Positions 24,105 through 38,500 of a DNA stretch of 64,000 bases are shown here, piece after piece (position 1 is the stretch's first letter; each line of letters starts with the position of its first letter). Location of the stretch: contig NC_081333.1 of assembly GCF_022539665.2 (NCBI RefSeq), positions 1,054,001 through 1,118,000 on the forward strand, written 5' to 3'. The notes beneath the pieces were generated by a model. It had not been told where the DNA came from. It saw only the letters and a list, made by a program, of their open reading frames with translations, and made no database searches. A program made the translations under genes and the position numbers. This stretch comes from Daphnia carinata. Lineage: Eukaryota.

Positions 24105-25458
24105 ACTGCATTGAAAGGAATACGTTAGTTTGATTTAATCACGTTAGTGGGTGGATCGCATTGATCAGAGAATCGCATTCGAAAATAATATTGTGATTAA
24201 ATTCGTTACCTGAGAATACATAGTCTGTAACGCAGCAGATTTCCTTCCTATAAGAATAAAATACGATATGATGAATCAACTCACCTTTACGTCGGATTTG
24301 CTTGTCCCAGTGAGACGAAGGTTTCGTTCGTTTCTTTCTTCCTCCTGCGTTGCAATAATATTCGCAGTTGCCTACAGTTTTGGGAAGCTCCTTTAATACC
24401 TATGATTAACGGGAAGATTAGAGGTGATTATATGCTGTCGTGTTGTGTATTACAATAAAGACATGACGTAACGAAAAACATGTTTTCGTGAATGTTGCGG
24501 CAATTTACAAATGTGTGAACACTACAGGCCCAATTAAATAGGTATTCACAGACAGAAGGAAAGTAGGATTATTACCACAATTCGGTTTTGCATAACATTG
24601 TCAATCCAGTGTCATTTTGTTCAATTAGGAAAATTTACCCAAACCTATTTTGACTGGTTACCGCTGCACGCATTTGTCAACGAAGGAAATAAACTGAAAT
24701 GAATTCGTGAGAAATGAAAGAAGCTAGAATGAATAGATCGATTAGGATAAATAAATGCAAGTTCAAGTGCTAAGGTGTGAACTGTAAATAGGATGGACCA
24801 CCGGGAGGAGAATCTGGTAGGATGATCCTGAGGCCATCATAATTATTCCGTTTTAACGTAATCGCTTGAACAAGCGAGGTATAAGGCGGATATGAAGCAA
24901 AAAAATACATGTATAAATTCGAACCAAAAGTCATTGGAGCAATAAAAGTTTTGCAAATCGGAATTTAAGAGATCAGCAAATTGAAAACGGCATTTTTGAA
25001 CTTCCCAAGGTCAATTTGTTGCTGTATGTGTAATTGTTCAACAAACGGCCATAACCGTTTTTCTTTTTCCTTTGGTAGGACTTGCGTTCCATTTTGGTAA
25101 GAATTCTGATTCAACCCAAATCGAAATGATTATGGCTTTCAGTGCACCTTGTCTACCTAAAGTAGCTAATTTCTCGTTTCTAAAATAAACTTAAAACCTC
25201 CTTCGAAGAAAATTGGCTGAATAGGTAGTAAAACATGATTCAAATTTACGAGCATTGCCAACTTGAAATAGGCTGGAACAAGTTGGTAACCCATAACACC
25301 CGTTAACTTATTCTAGGGAATTATTTGAACAGATTCTTCTAGTTGGCTATGGAGCAACTAGCGAAAGCTAAATCTTTCAACCCCCAAATTCATTTCTAAC
25401 TACAAGAGTCTATATAGTGAATAAACAAACAAAAAAAAGAAAGCACTAACTATTGAGG

Positions 25459-28400
25459 CTAGTTGGCAGTATCCATTTCCGAGCTAGCACTGGGTTCCGG
25501 TTTGCTTGAGGCTGCCCTTCCAGTATCTCCTATTTCATTTATAGCCCTGTTGAGCATTAGGGCAAGCGAATTCTCTCGACGACTTGAGTCACCTTTCGGT
25601 ATAACTGTCTTGTACACTTCGTTATCCGTGGTATCAAGAGGACTATCCAGGCTGGAAGTACTGCTCCCAATAGGCGAGGCGAGACTCAGCTGAGAGGTGG
25701 TCGTATTTGAAACGCCACCACCTTCCGTTTGTTGAACGTAGTTCCCGAGAAGGCTTGAATTGGCGCTCAGAGGACGAGACTCTTTGATAGCAAGAACTGC
25801 CGCTTTTGGAAGGACGCGTCGAATATGATGATGTTCCTTTGTCGCCGTCATAAGCGGAGCATCTTCTCCTTCTTCGTCAGTGTCGTCAGAGCTTTTACCA
25901 GTCGGATGACGACTTGTAGACAATCCCGGCGAAGGTGCAACATGGGTACGTGACTGATGATGGCCTGTACGTCTCGCTCGTTGTTTCGATGGTGAGCGTA
26001 AAGCCGATTTCGACGATGATGTCTTATCTGGCTGTAGTTTACCACCAATCTGTGAGTTATTATCATTAATTAATTTCTATTAGTAATTATTTTTTGTTTT
26101 TGATTAGATCATAATGTGAATCAGTCTTACCTGATCTGGTAACAATTCAACGTTTGTTGTTGAAAAACGTTTGTGAACAATAATAGGCGAATTCGAGGAG
26201 GCAGTTGGTGTTCTGTCTCCACTTGTGCATTTCAAGCGGTTCTCGCCAGTGGGGCTCTCTGGAGTGTCCTTAACAGGCTTGACTAGCCATTCGTGGGTTG
26301 GGTTGACGGTCTCGTTAAATACAAGAGAGGCTGGACGACGCGGAGATCCTTGTTCACTGCGCCATCCACCTGCAACCATAGTGCTGAACCCTGAACTCAC
26401 TGCACAGCTAGATTCAGCTACGTTTGATGGATCCACGGAAACGAATATGGGCTTCGTAGAACTCACATCTGAAATGGAACGTTGGGAATCACGACGCGAT
26501 AACGCGTAGCTAGCATCCGATGCGAGGATGCTTTTTTGAGATCCTGCCCGGAAGAGGCTAGTGCTAGAGCTGAGCCGTGACCGTAGACCACTGTTGAGGG
26601 CTGAGGCTATTTGTTCAGGCCAAACAACTTCGGTTATGGTACGTTGGCGAGCCGGAGTCACCGTCCCTCGTTCGGCGAGGCTTACCAAGGAACTACCGAG
26701 ACTGACTGAATCTTCATTTCCTAATTGAAATAAAAAAAAATACGTTGAATAAAATGACGATGAATTATTTTCAATGTAAATTACCAATGAGGCCACGTGA
26801 ACCGAGAACGCTATTAGCATGTCTTAAGGCTGGGAAATGCAAATCTGGAACAACGGAAGTCTGCAGATAGAGGACATCCGTTTCAGTTGGATCACTACAG
26901 GTAGACAAGTTGCTCGAGTTGTAGCCGTAAACATTAGGTATTAAATCATTTCCAGGCAGGTATTCGGCTTCCCGTTCGTCCAGCACGTCTTCCATAGCCT
27001 CCTCATTTAGAGTCTGCAACGCTCCGCATATCGCTTGGTCTTCCAAAGTTACTTGTTTCTCGATGTTCGTTTGACGTTTGGTGTTGATCTTGGGAGCTGA
27101 AACCATCGCATCAACTTCACTGACGACTTCGCCTGCATGTACAATTTGAAGTTAGTTAGTCAAATATTAGTTGATTAAATGCTGTAAAACCATATCACAT
27201 GCACAGGCTTTAACAACTAGAGTGAAACTGAAATGAAGGCATCTTTATTTAAGAAGTAATTAAATTTTTCAAAAACAAATGGAACAAGACCTTCGATCAG
27301 TACAAGCTCCCACACAAAAATTGTGGAGGAAACGGCTTTATAATATCAAACTAATCGAGGCAATCGTAGACAACCTGGTGCGGCTCCCGCGAACGTGTTA
27401 CTGCGGAGGCTGCTGCTTCTAGACAAGCGTCCATCGAAGTCGACATCCAAAAAATTGTAGTTTCCAGACTGATGTTGATTCGCACTGGCTTGACCAGCAG
27501 TTGCTTGTTGTGGGTTAGGGCTGTTTGCCACACGAGGCTGGAATTCACGCTCCCGCAACGCACACACAGCTACACGGAAGAGCTCCCAATCGCCAAAAGA
27601 CATTCCGCTCAGAGCCTTTAGCTCATCCAAGTTGCAACTGAGCAAAACGCGACCACTAATGTTATTGTCAATGAATGTTCGAGTATATTGGTCGGCCTGT
27701 TGATTTGATTAGTCCAATTGATTAATTGCTTTGCGAAGAATAAATAGCATTAAAATGTTACCTGTGCTGTTCTGAATCCATCCAAGTGCCGCAACAGCTC
27801 GCTAACTTCTTCAGCAGTTAGGGAGCTGAGTGGTCTGTCTTGAAGACGACTGGGTACAGTAGATTTCAGGCACAAATGATTGACCGCTGGCCCATAAGTA
27901 GGAGCCGGCATTACTCCATAATTGCAATGAGTAATGGTAGGCACCATGGGCGGATACTTCGGATACATCGCCGGCTTGGTTTGATCAGGCGTTGGCAACG
28001 TCACAGTGGTCCAGGGCTGTCCATTAACTGACCAAGGGACGTGCATTCCGACGGAAGGATTAGGCTGTTCGTGGATTATATTGCCATTTACTTTTACGTC
28101 CGTCGTCGCTGTGTGAGGCACAGGTGCTCCTGATTGCATAGCCATGAAAGAAGAACGCTCCTCTTTAATCACTTTACGTAAGTAGGGATCCAAATGAATA
28201 GTGAACGGCATAAACATCTTTAAATGAAGAACCTGGAGAAGTATTGGAAGTTAGGTGATTGAATAGTGATTCATAAAATTAGCTACAAACCTGTAACGTA
28301 TTGCGATGGAAACTGAGAAACGTTTGAAACTTCTTCTCATCACGGTCAATTTCTAAGTGTGGTTCAATTTCTTTAGACACAGGTATGAAAGGTTTAGCCC

Positions 28401-31400
28401 GTTCGTAGACAACTTTTAGAGTAGTAAAATCGTCCAGCTTATCTTCGTTGACTTCGCAATATAGAATGATCCATGACGTGCGATAGGGCCATTGTTCGGT
28501 AATATTGACCCACGAAGCCAAATGATACCAATTGAATTCGATTTGAAAGGCTTTAAGTAAACGACCGGTAACGTAGATGACATTCATTAATCGGCGCATG
28601 CTCCTTGGATTGACATCACTAAAATAATCGTCCGTCAATAGAACTTTTGTGAGATCTTGGGCAGCCATAACGCGCCCGTTATTATTTCCCATGGCTAATC
28701 CACTCTCCATGCTCTCACTTGGACGCAGCTTACGATGCCCCATGGCAGGCGGAAGTGCATTACTAAGCTTATGTGTTCGATGCAATCCCTTGCCCTGTGG
28801 GGCAGACGATTCCACCGACATTCGTCGAGGTGACATCTGAAAAAAAAAAAAATAGGGCGAATTATGTACCGTAATAGAAAAAATGTTTACATTTGTGAGT
28901 CTAACCGCAACTTTATCTCCAGCCGGTTGATTGTTGGCAGTTTCTTCTGATTCGAGCCAGTTGAGCACGGCAGCATGATTACTATTCGACGTTATCATAG
29001 TAGTACGTCCTCCGCCAGGGTTTTTGGACATGAGAGCCGCTTGTTGTGCCGCCTTGACTTTTCGAAGACCAGCGTTTTGAAGAAAGAAAGGGACATGGAC
29101 CAGGTTTCTAAGATAATCGTGACCCCCGATGTTTGATTCGTTGAACATCCGATGCAAGTTGAGCTCGATAGCCTTAATTTCAAAAGCGCATTTAAAAATC
29201 AATTAGAATAAAACATTTAAAATATTTTTTGGCTAAGAAGAAAGGACATGCTAAAGAAATCATCAGCAAGATTTCTTATCACGACACCACAATTAAGTAT
29301 GGAACCAACCTGTGCGCTGAAAAACTGTCGGAAGTAGCATAGCAGCAATTGTTAATAAGAAGCCAAAAAATAGTTTAGTCATGTCAAACGGAAATGCGTG
29401 CGTACTACCGTGTGTCATTCGTTTGTGTTTTATGTTTGATATATTGCAAAAAAAAGTCTACTCATTCACTCTCTCGCGTGCGAAGTTCATTAGTAATATT
29501 GATTGATATCAAACTGGGAAGCTAAAATCAATTAGTAAAAGTGCTACCTGGACTTGTGAAATACCTTGATAATTATGTGCGGATCGATGGCGAGTAGAGT
29601 GATGAATGGTGACGACTGTTCGGTGAAAAGCAAGTGCACAGCGTCTAGAACGTAGAGAACCTGATCTTGTTCGCAACTGTCTAAACCATCAACTACCATC
29701 ACCAAACGTGTCTGCTGACCGCTGTAGGCGTCAAGACAACGCACCATTTCAACCATGATGGCAACTTCCCTCTTCAATGCCTGTAAGGAGGAGAAATATA
29801 AAGAATAGAAAACAATTTGGCAAATGAATGTGAAGGGCTTACCTGTAAATAGCCTTCGGCTCTGACAGACTGGAGACGGCCGATAATCCGTAGTAATTTT
29901 CTACGTTGCGAGAAAAGCAATGATTTTACGATACGACTCCAGGTATACCCATTTGCGATAACTACAACACCCAAGAATACACCGATAGCTATCAGCGTAT
30001 ATTGGACGTGATTTGAATTTCTAAAGGGCGATAAGAAAATGTATGTTATAGTTTTCCGAATTTTTGTTAAACATTTAAAAAGACTTACACTATTCGGTCT
30101 TCTATTTCCACCTTCTGATATATGGCGAGAAACACCAGGCCAGCCAAGAGAATATCGATGCAAATCAGGAAAATAGCTGCGTAGGGGATGCAACAAAAAC
30201 GACGAAATTTCCAGGGCGACGTTGATTTCACTATTCAGTTTAAGAAATTAAACAATATAAGCTATCGATAATGTTGCAAATTTGTGAGCACTTACGTGGT
30301 TTCGGCCTGAACGCACGATAAAGGCGAGTTGCCACAACACCATAATCTCCTTCTATTGAATCCAACAAAGAACCAATCATCTGAACTACCGAGTTCTCCC
30401 CTCTTGTCGACCGTGATACTTTAGTTTGGTCCGTAAAATAAAATCTGACGTTTAAATAAGACACAAAGAAAACCATTAGCCTGACATTTAAAAAATAACC
30501 GGAAAACCTAAAAATGTCGAATGACTTACCTGATCGGTTGGATTCGTATGCTATCACCTCCCCACTGCGGCCCCGGTGGGGTGCAAAAAGTCACTTGCAA
30601 CACCAACTTTAGGGCTTCTAGTTTTCTCGCTAACACTAGTCCGAAACTATGCGCCCAATTCCAACTAAATCTGCATACACAATACTTGATAAGGGATGCT
30701 AATGAATGTAAGAGGAAACAGGTAAAGATAACAACCTTTCAGAACCCCAGTACACTATGTATAGAAATGTCACTATGAGGAAGAAGCAGCCTCCACCAGT
30801 TGCTAGACCAGCAATCCACGAATCAAGTGAAACGCCCATTATTACGCCTAAAAGGGTGGCAATATGCAGTACAATGATGGAAAGAATTGCGGAAAATTGC
30901 AACTGAGGCTCGATCCATTGGCGGGCAAATCCTTTCATTTCGTCTGTTAAGTAAAGCGTTAGACGGCTATACTGATACATAGAAGTAAAATAAACCAACC
31001 TCGTAATTTGCTGAGGAGGAAAGATTTGCCAGAACCCCATTTTGCGTAGAGCCCTACAGTGATCGGCATCGAAAGTGATGGCTCGCTCAGCATATCTGCC
31101 AGTGCACTACTGTAAAGCTCATAGCCCAACATGTTTTCATTATCTTCATTAGTGTTTAAACGTCCTAAATGAAATGACAAAAGTCTAGATGACGTGAACA
31201 CTTGACAAACAAAAATAGAAATGCGGCTATTACGCGCTCCAAAAATTTGTCCTAATATGGTTTTTTGTTGACTTATATCGATATTGTACGGCGTTTCACC
31301 GCTTCGATTTGGTCGGTATAACAGTTGGCTATGTTTCGGATTTCGGAGGAGAACTTCTACTATTGCCTGTAGATATTACAAACGCAATTATATGATGTAA

Positions 31401-33125
31401 CGCAAATCGAGAGAACGACAAACTTACTTTTGATCGGGCTCTCATGGCGATATGAAGCACTGTATCACCTTCTTTGTCGGCTGCTGTAACACGAGCTTTT
31501 TTGTCCAGCAACAATTGTACTATTTCGATGCTCCGGTTGCGCACTGCTCTTAACAATGGTGTGTCTCCTTCCTATAGCATTTTGTTTTTCACCAATAAGA
31601 AATTTGCATTTAAAAGAAATGTATCAGAATTGTTTTTCTCACCTTAGTAGAAATTTCTAAATTGGGATCCGAATGTAAGAGTGATTTAACTACTGAAACA
31701 TGATTTTTTTCAACCGCCCAATAAAGAGCTGTTTTCCTTTCCTGCGTTTAAAGAATAATTAAAAGATGAGGTCGATTTTGTTTCTTCTAGGGTTTTTATC
31801 GGCAATTAAAATACCTTGCCGGTCATGTCAACATCGGCGTATTTCTTTAATAATGCTTCAACAATTGATTTGTGACCAGCTTTAGCTGCATGAATCAAGT
31901 TGGTGTCTCCGCTTCGATCCTGTAGCGCAAAACCAATCAGATAGAAGAAGATGCATTCATCTATCAAACATTGTTTACTTGCAAGTTGACGTAGGCACCG
32001 GCATTTAGTAAGGCCATACAAATGTCATAATAGCCTTCCTTGCAGGCTATAGTAAGAGCAGCGCAGCCGTCTTTATCCGTTGCGTTAACATTGGGTTTCC
32101 TATCGAGTAATTTATTGACAATTTCTGCAGCATTCTCTCTGGTAGAAAGTAGTAAAGGTGTCCAACAATGCTGAGACGTAGAAGAATCAGATATAAATTA
32201 ACAAATTTCTAGCGCAAAAGAGCTTCATTATTCATACCATTCCAGATACTTCCACATTAGCTCCTGCTTGAAGTAGCATGTCTACAATCTCACCGTGGGA
32301 TTTCCTGCATGCCCAAATCAAGGCCGTTGTTCCATACTATAAAAAGATAAGTTTCGCTAGGACATTAAAATCATTAAGGATGTTATCAATGGAAATTCAA
32401 ACCTTATCCCCAGCATTCACTTTGGCTCCGTTTTCCAACAGGAGGCGGACTATAGCTACATGACCTCGGCCAGCAGCCCACATAAGAGGCGTGATATGAT
32501 ATTGGCCATGAACGTTCACCTCAGCTCGCTGTTCAATCAACAGACGTGTCGTCTCCAAATAGCCTTTGTAACACGCCCATAGCAGTGCGGTCCAACCTCC
32601 CTAATTAAAATTGTGAGATATAGTGAGAAGGAAAAATTTGATTGGGATTCCAATATAGACGGATACCATATCTCGGTGTTCAATGTCAGCGCCATGATTG
32701 AGCAGCTCGACGCAAATGGAGGTGAAATTCTCCTTTGCAGCGCAGAGCAAAGGCGTCCAGTTATCCTGTAAATTTAGCCAAAATGAGTCATGTCTCTTGT
32801 CAGACATCAATGGCATCAAATAAAAATAAAATACGGAATCCTCGGCATTTGGGTCGGCTCCATGAGCGAGCAACTCTCTGACGAAGGCACTTTTGCCTTT
32901 GATCGATGCCAGCAACAAAGCCGTGGCTCCATTCTATAAATATAGCAAAAAAATCCATAAAGTGATAACACGAAAACGTCAGTCTACCCGTCGTAGTCAA
33001 GGAGCTGGTTTTACCTCGTCTCTATCGTCGACGACGACATGGCGATTTTCAAGAAAAACACGGAGGCCAACCAAATTGTCTTCAACTATATAGTTGGCGA
33101 ATGAGCGGTAACTTAATGACACCAT
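25459..33125 (-). CDS. KIDINS220: Kidins220/ARMS: ankyrin repeats, KAP-family P-loop NTPase with TM helices, SAM-like region, long C-tail
   Basis: MVSLSYRSF start; ankyrin repeats; Walker [12 protein letters not shown]; Walker [37 protein letters not shown]. Exons 33015-33140, 32835-32933, 32667-32765, 32403-32600, 32238-32336, 31979-32170, 31815-31919, 31643-31741, 31428-31571, 31234-31366, 31000-31164, 30736-30943, 30530-30670, 30296-30444, 30089-30230, 29843-30020, 29565-29780, 28906-29172, 28291-28836, 27762-28232, 27375-27696, 26785-27132, 26131-26720, 25459-26049. Confidence 0.95.
29310..29324 (-). CDS. KIDINS220: Candidate 15-nt microexon of Kidins220 (FFSAQ)
   Basis: ttaac...tgctgctatgctacttccgacag|TTTTTCAGCGCACAG|gttggt; phase 0-0 inside a 392-nt intron, whereas most neighbouring introns are ~55-90 nt. 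Confidence 0.5.
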
Positions 33126-33989
33126 GGACTCCGATGGGTTCTGCAAAAGGAGAAAAGAAATTGAACAACCGTTAATAAGTGGGCCATTTTTTTCCTACTC
33201 TATTTTTGTACTTCAATTGGCATATTTATAACTGGCGAAAGAATGGGCGTGAAATATCAACTTCATGCCAAAATATGAACGTGGATTTGGTGATTACGAA
33301 TACATCAGCTGTAAGATAGTTATCAAGCAGGATGAGTACGCATTCGCAGCGGCCAAGATCAGTGAACAGCGGTTTCAGGTTTGGATGGCGCACGAGCATG
33401 CATGCGTTTTCTCTATTCTTTTGTTTGTATTTTCAATCCATTTGGGCTACCATGCCTTGCCAGAGTGAAATGCACCCTTTGATCGGGCAGGACCGACATG
33501 GCGAGCGGATCATGTTAAGGCTACCGGCGATGCTGGCCTAGATCCAAATCCCCTTCTCGGTTTTCGCGTTGCGTGTCCATTTTTTTTCGCTTCGGTAAAC
33601 GATTGTTCTTTCTTTCCGAATATGAGACCGTCGTGCACCCGTTAGGCAAAACAGATTTACCGAATCTAATCATTCGGTAGCAATGAATAGTGCATTTTAT
33701 TGACTAAACGAAATTGGGAGTGCCAAAAATGTCCCGTATCAGTGCAAAGAATCAATTTGTTGGTTCAATCCAAACAAAAGCGATCGGGATATGAAAGATG
33801 TAGCTAACGTAAAAAATTAGGGTTGTTAGTTGTTTAGTGGGCTGCAAAATTAGTCATCCGGTTGCAAGACATGGTCAATCTTGTTCCAATGGGGCGTAGT
33901 CTGTTTCCAACTATAAATACAAAGGGCAAAGGAAAAGAATGGAAAACGGCCCATGCGGCGATTTTTGTCCTGTCGGACGACAGACTGAC

Positions 33990-34400
33990 CGACCAAGAGC
34001 CCCGTCTCATCGATTGGGGGATACTGAAAGAGAAATTCCGAGCAGCAGCAGCAGCGAGGAGTGACGAGATAGAGGGTGTGGATGATAGAGGTGACGTGCT
34101 CAATGATGATTGATGGGTGAAGATATGCGGGATGGACAATCTTGGTCTATGCTTGGCCGTTGGTTTCTTCTCAAGAATCCTTGTGGTTACATTGCTTATA
34201 GGTAACCCAGGACGGTTCAAGCTCGGCTCGCTTTCTGATCCGTCTGCTTCTGTTTCTTCTTCCACTGAAGCAGTAATACGTACCGAAGGCAATGGTAGGA
34301 CGGTCGTTAAACTGTGCGATCGGCCTTTGATTGACCCTGTTTTGGGTGATGGTTGGCTTTTGGCATTGACTTCCATCAAACACAGCCGATTGGTTTCCAT
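33990..34400 (-). CDS. KIDINS220: Kidins220 candidate upstream coding exon giving an N-terminally extended isoform (137 aa)
   Basis: ATG 34400 (METNRL...) to ...SMRRGSWS|GTCAGT in phase 0; joins exon 33140 (NPSESMVSL) in frame. Confidence 0.6.
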
Positions 34401-35501
34401 TGAGTCGTTACTGTTTTTGCAATCGATCACGATTGCTGCAATGGCTAGTCAAACACAGTCGGGCTGCTTAGACAGACATCAGGCGGAACCACTCAAAAAT
34501 CGACAGATCAGTAAACTACTGTTGACGAGTGGCTTTCAAACAAAAGAAGAAATGTCCAAGGCAAATAAGGGTTTCTTCGCACAAATGTGTCCAGTACATC
34601 TTATTACTAATTCATTTGCAGTGAGCCCGGGAAGGTAAGAGTCCATATTGCCACCAATACGTCATTGATTCAGCACTCTTTACATTTACTGTGTCAAGTA
34701 AATGTTGATAAGAGCAAGTGTCTACGGAAAGATGGTTTCAATCAGGCACACATTCAAAGAGACTTTAGTTTGACAAAAGTCTTTATTATCCACACACGGG
34801 TTAGGGAAGACTTTAATAAATGGTGTTGATTTGAAATCCTTCAGACGAAAATAAAGAAAAGAGAAGAAGGAATTTACTATATCGCTTTTGCTGCTTAAAA
34901 TAATATCGTTAAATAATGTTTTGATGAATGCAAGTGTGTTTATAGGCATGAACCTGTGACTGGAATGGAAAGTACAATTTCCATCAAACCGAATGCGTAA
35001 AACCGATAAGATTAAGTTGTAAATGGTAACGTAACATCTCCCAAGTAGAGGCACAAAAGCAAGAAAAAGAAATAACAAAAGCTACACCATGATGGCGAAA
35101 CGTTTTGACAGTGACCTGACTTCTAACGTTTAGCTATCATTATTACCTTACACGTCTGAATTCAAAAGTTTCATATCACTCCCCCAGAACTTGCGTACAA
35201 TCGCTACACAAACAGTGGAGGTCTTGATGCACTTGGACTATATCAGCTGATGTACTGAAACACATATTTTTCCGTCAGACGGCTATGGTCTTGACTGTTA
35301 TTGTGTAATACTGACTTGACTAATGCAACGTTTCTAAGGTTGCGCTACAACCAAAATATGTTTTAACTGAGATGTGTATTTGAGTGAAAAATGAGTGCAT
35401 CGTCTGCAAACATAGGGCTACCACAATTTGCAAAAAAAAAAAAATATAGAAATAACAACGTACAATATACATGACGAACGTGAGGGCGATTATGAAGTTT
35501 C

Positions 35502-38500
35502 TCATCGTCGGACCGTTTGCATAACCCAATCAGAAATTGAAGAAACGCCGAGGTAAACTCGATCGAGCTGTCTATCGTCAAAACTCCGATCGCAATGACG
35601 ATTCTCGTTAGATACTCCGACCAATGACCAAGACCTACCATCATTTAATTGGCAAAGCAGTGGACTCCCAGCGAATTCGTCATTCTACATTTAGTTATGG
35701 ACTTTCGGTTATCCAAAAATTAATAAAGGAATGCAATGTTTCCATACGTACCCGGCATGTATCTAACGGAGAAAGAACATCCGCGCATAGAGTTGTGACG
35801 TTGTCACATTTTTTATTTTGCACGACCTTGGCAGTCACTTCGTGCAGATTGTCTCCTTAATAAACGATGACAAATGAGTTGTTATGACGGATGAATAACG
35901 AAGTAAAGTAGAAAGGAGAACTGACGATCTTTGCCCCATCCAAGGAAGAGACAGCGTGACGCGGGACCCGAGATCCAAGCATCATGATCACGAGCCAGAC
36001 ATACAGGTCGGACAAAATCTGAGTAGATGACGGCTGACTCCATTTTAATCAGGACCAGTTGATTGCCCTTCACGGGCGATTTGACCATGCCAATGATACG
36101 TCGCTCTTGCTCCCAAGGTGCTGAGATAAGTCAATCCAACAATAAAAAATAATGCATGATTAGTATCAATGGTTTGCCGACTACAAAAATCAATAAATCT
36201 TATATTAAATTAAGCACAGAAGATGCACTTTGTCATCGGAACAAGAGATCAGCTACATGGAGAAAAAGATACGATAAAATCAAAGGGTCTTTATACCGTC
36301 GGAAGTCAGGCGGACAGCAGCGAATCTAGCAACCCAGTGAGCTCGACTTTGCCTAACAATCGTTTAGTTTAAAACATAAGTTTCTGCTTCTTTACTTTCC
36401 AGATGCAACATGCAACATAATTAAGCGTAATGTTTTAAATAAGGTACCCATCAAAACAAGAAGAGGCGGTAAGAAGCCACTGGTCTGCCACAAGAGTTGC
36501 ATCGCAAGCATGAACACCATCTCTGATCAGAGCTGCTAACCATGGCCAGTCACCGTGAGCTGACGGGAGAAGCGTTAAATCGGTACCGGGACGGTCAGGA
36601 TGCATATGAACCGGCCGATTTCCACATTCTGAATAAGAATTAGCACATAGATTTTTTATTTTCATTCTGTGCAGTTTCATATTGGAAAAAAAATTCGGTG
36701 AAAAATGAATTTTTACCAAGTCCCGAACACGAAAGGTAGAGCACTTGGCGTTTACGACACGGAGCCCGAAGGAATGTGGCTCTCCATCGTATCGGTTCAG
36801 TTAAATGGGCATAGTCCGCTGAACGTTCGTTATCGACACGAATTTCAATGCGTTCCATGATACTGTATGACATGGAACGACAAGCCGACTCTCCAAAGAT
36901 CTCCAGAAAACTTTGCTGCCGGGCAGTGGACATGAGGGACGACGAGTTGAGCGAGTCGACACATATCTTGCCCGTGTTGTTGCCTTCGGTGAAGACGATG
37001 TAGCCCTCATGAAAATACTGATGAACGAAATTAGCCGCCGCCATATCGGGCGCCACAGTCACTGTTCATGTGAAAAGAATAACCGAAATGCGGGTACGGT
37101 GAATTGTTGGTCAACCCCAAAATGAGTGAAACTTTCAGTCATATAACGAATCAAAGCGCCAACATTGGTTACTGGCATCTTTGCTCTTCATCTTGCTGAC
37201 GGCTTGTCACAGTTTCAAATCAAACAACGATTACATGACCCCCTTGTCAGCAGACCTCAAGGAAAACATAGCCACTATGTTGTGTTTATGTGCAAGACCG
37301 TAAGAAAGTGGAGCGCGCTTTTTCTTCCACAGGGAAGAAGAGTATAAAGAAAAAATAACAAAAGAAGACTATAACTCACGGCAGCCTCTTTCATCGCTCC
37401 CGTTGGGACAATCGGGAATACCGTCACATCGTTTGTTGACATCGATGCATGAGGCCCCAACTCCGCAATGAACTTGGCCCTCCGGGCAGTAGTTACACGC
37501 CACTTCGTCACTAAAATCATGGCAGTCCATCAGCCCGTCACAAATGCGGCCAGCTTGTCCATTGGCCGTCATGAAACGGACACATTCACTTGGATCGGCC
37601 TCCATGACGTAATTCATAGCTATCCACGTTGTTAAAGTGGGAAATGATGCAAGAAATGTTTACAAATCGGCTATTATTAGTAAAGAAATCCAAGCTTTTA
37701 ACGCTTAAAATGAGCAAGTAAAATAGTTTTGCATACATGGTTTAGTTGTGCAAGAATCCATGCCGTCATCAATGGGAAAGAGTTCGCAGCGGAGCAGATC
37801 TTTCAAGCCGGCTGCAACTTCGTTGCTCAGGAGCTTGTTACCGACAACATCCTGCCTGCGGGAAATCTGCTGACTTAATCCTAGCCGGGCTTTACATCTA
37901 GCATTTAAAAAAAAAATTCGATCAATCAAAACGATGAAATCATCAATCAAACGGAAGGAGATCAGCATACGACGTCATCACCGCCATGCAGAGACTCCGA
38001 CAGGGAGGAAGATGATTTGGTATACGGGCGAAAGGCATCAGTGGTAGTGGATACGGAGGCACAAATCCATTCGTCGGAGCATCCGGATCACAAGGAGGTT
38101 GCAGTATATGGCAGAGCACATGCTGAATATAGGGCGAGCATTCCGATTCAACCAGTAACCTGAAAAATCACGACAAAAGTTAATAGCTTTAACTACTTCC
38201 CAGCATTCAGGGTTCACAATCAGCTGCCAACTGTTACTGGAGGTTTCCATTGTAACTGCTCACTTTAGAAAAAGCCTAACTGTACGAATCACTTAACACC
38301 AATTCATAGCATATGGGGGACATAACGTAACCGATACACGACAGTTCCCGAATAGCACAGCCAAAGCCAATGAGTTCATTACAACGCATCATTTGCCTCA
38401 CCTTTTGCAAGCGGATGAACAGTTAAGAAAATTGAAGAAGAAACACAAAAGAGAAGTTTCCCAGTTAACAGCCGTTGCGATAAGAAAGTGACTTACTTTG

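Noticed and set aside
34117..34638. 173-aa plus-strand ORF
   Set aside because: Antisense shadow of the Kidins220 upstream exon; starts at GTG; no recognisable domain.
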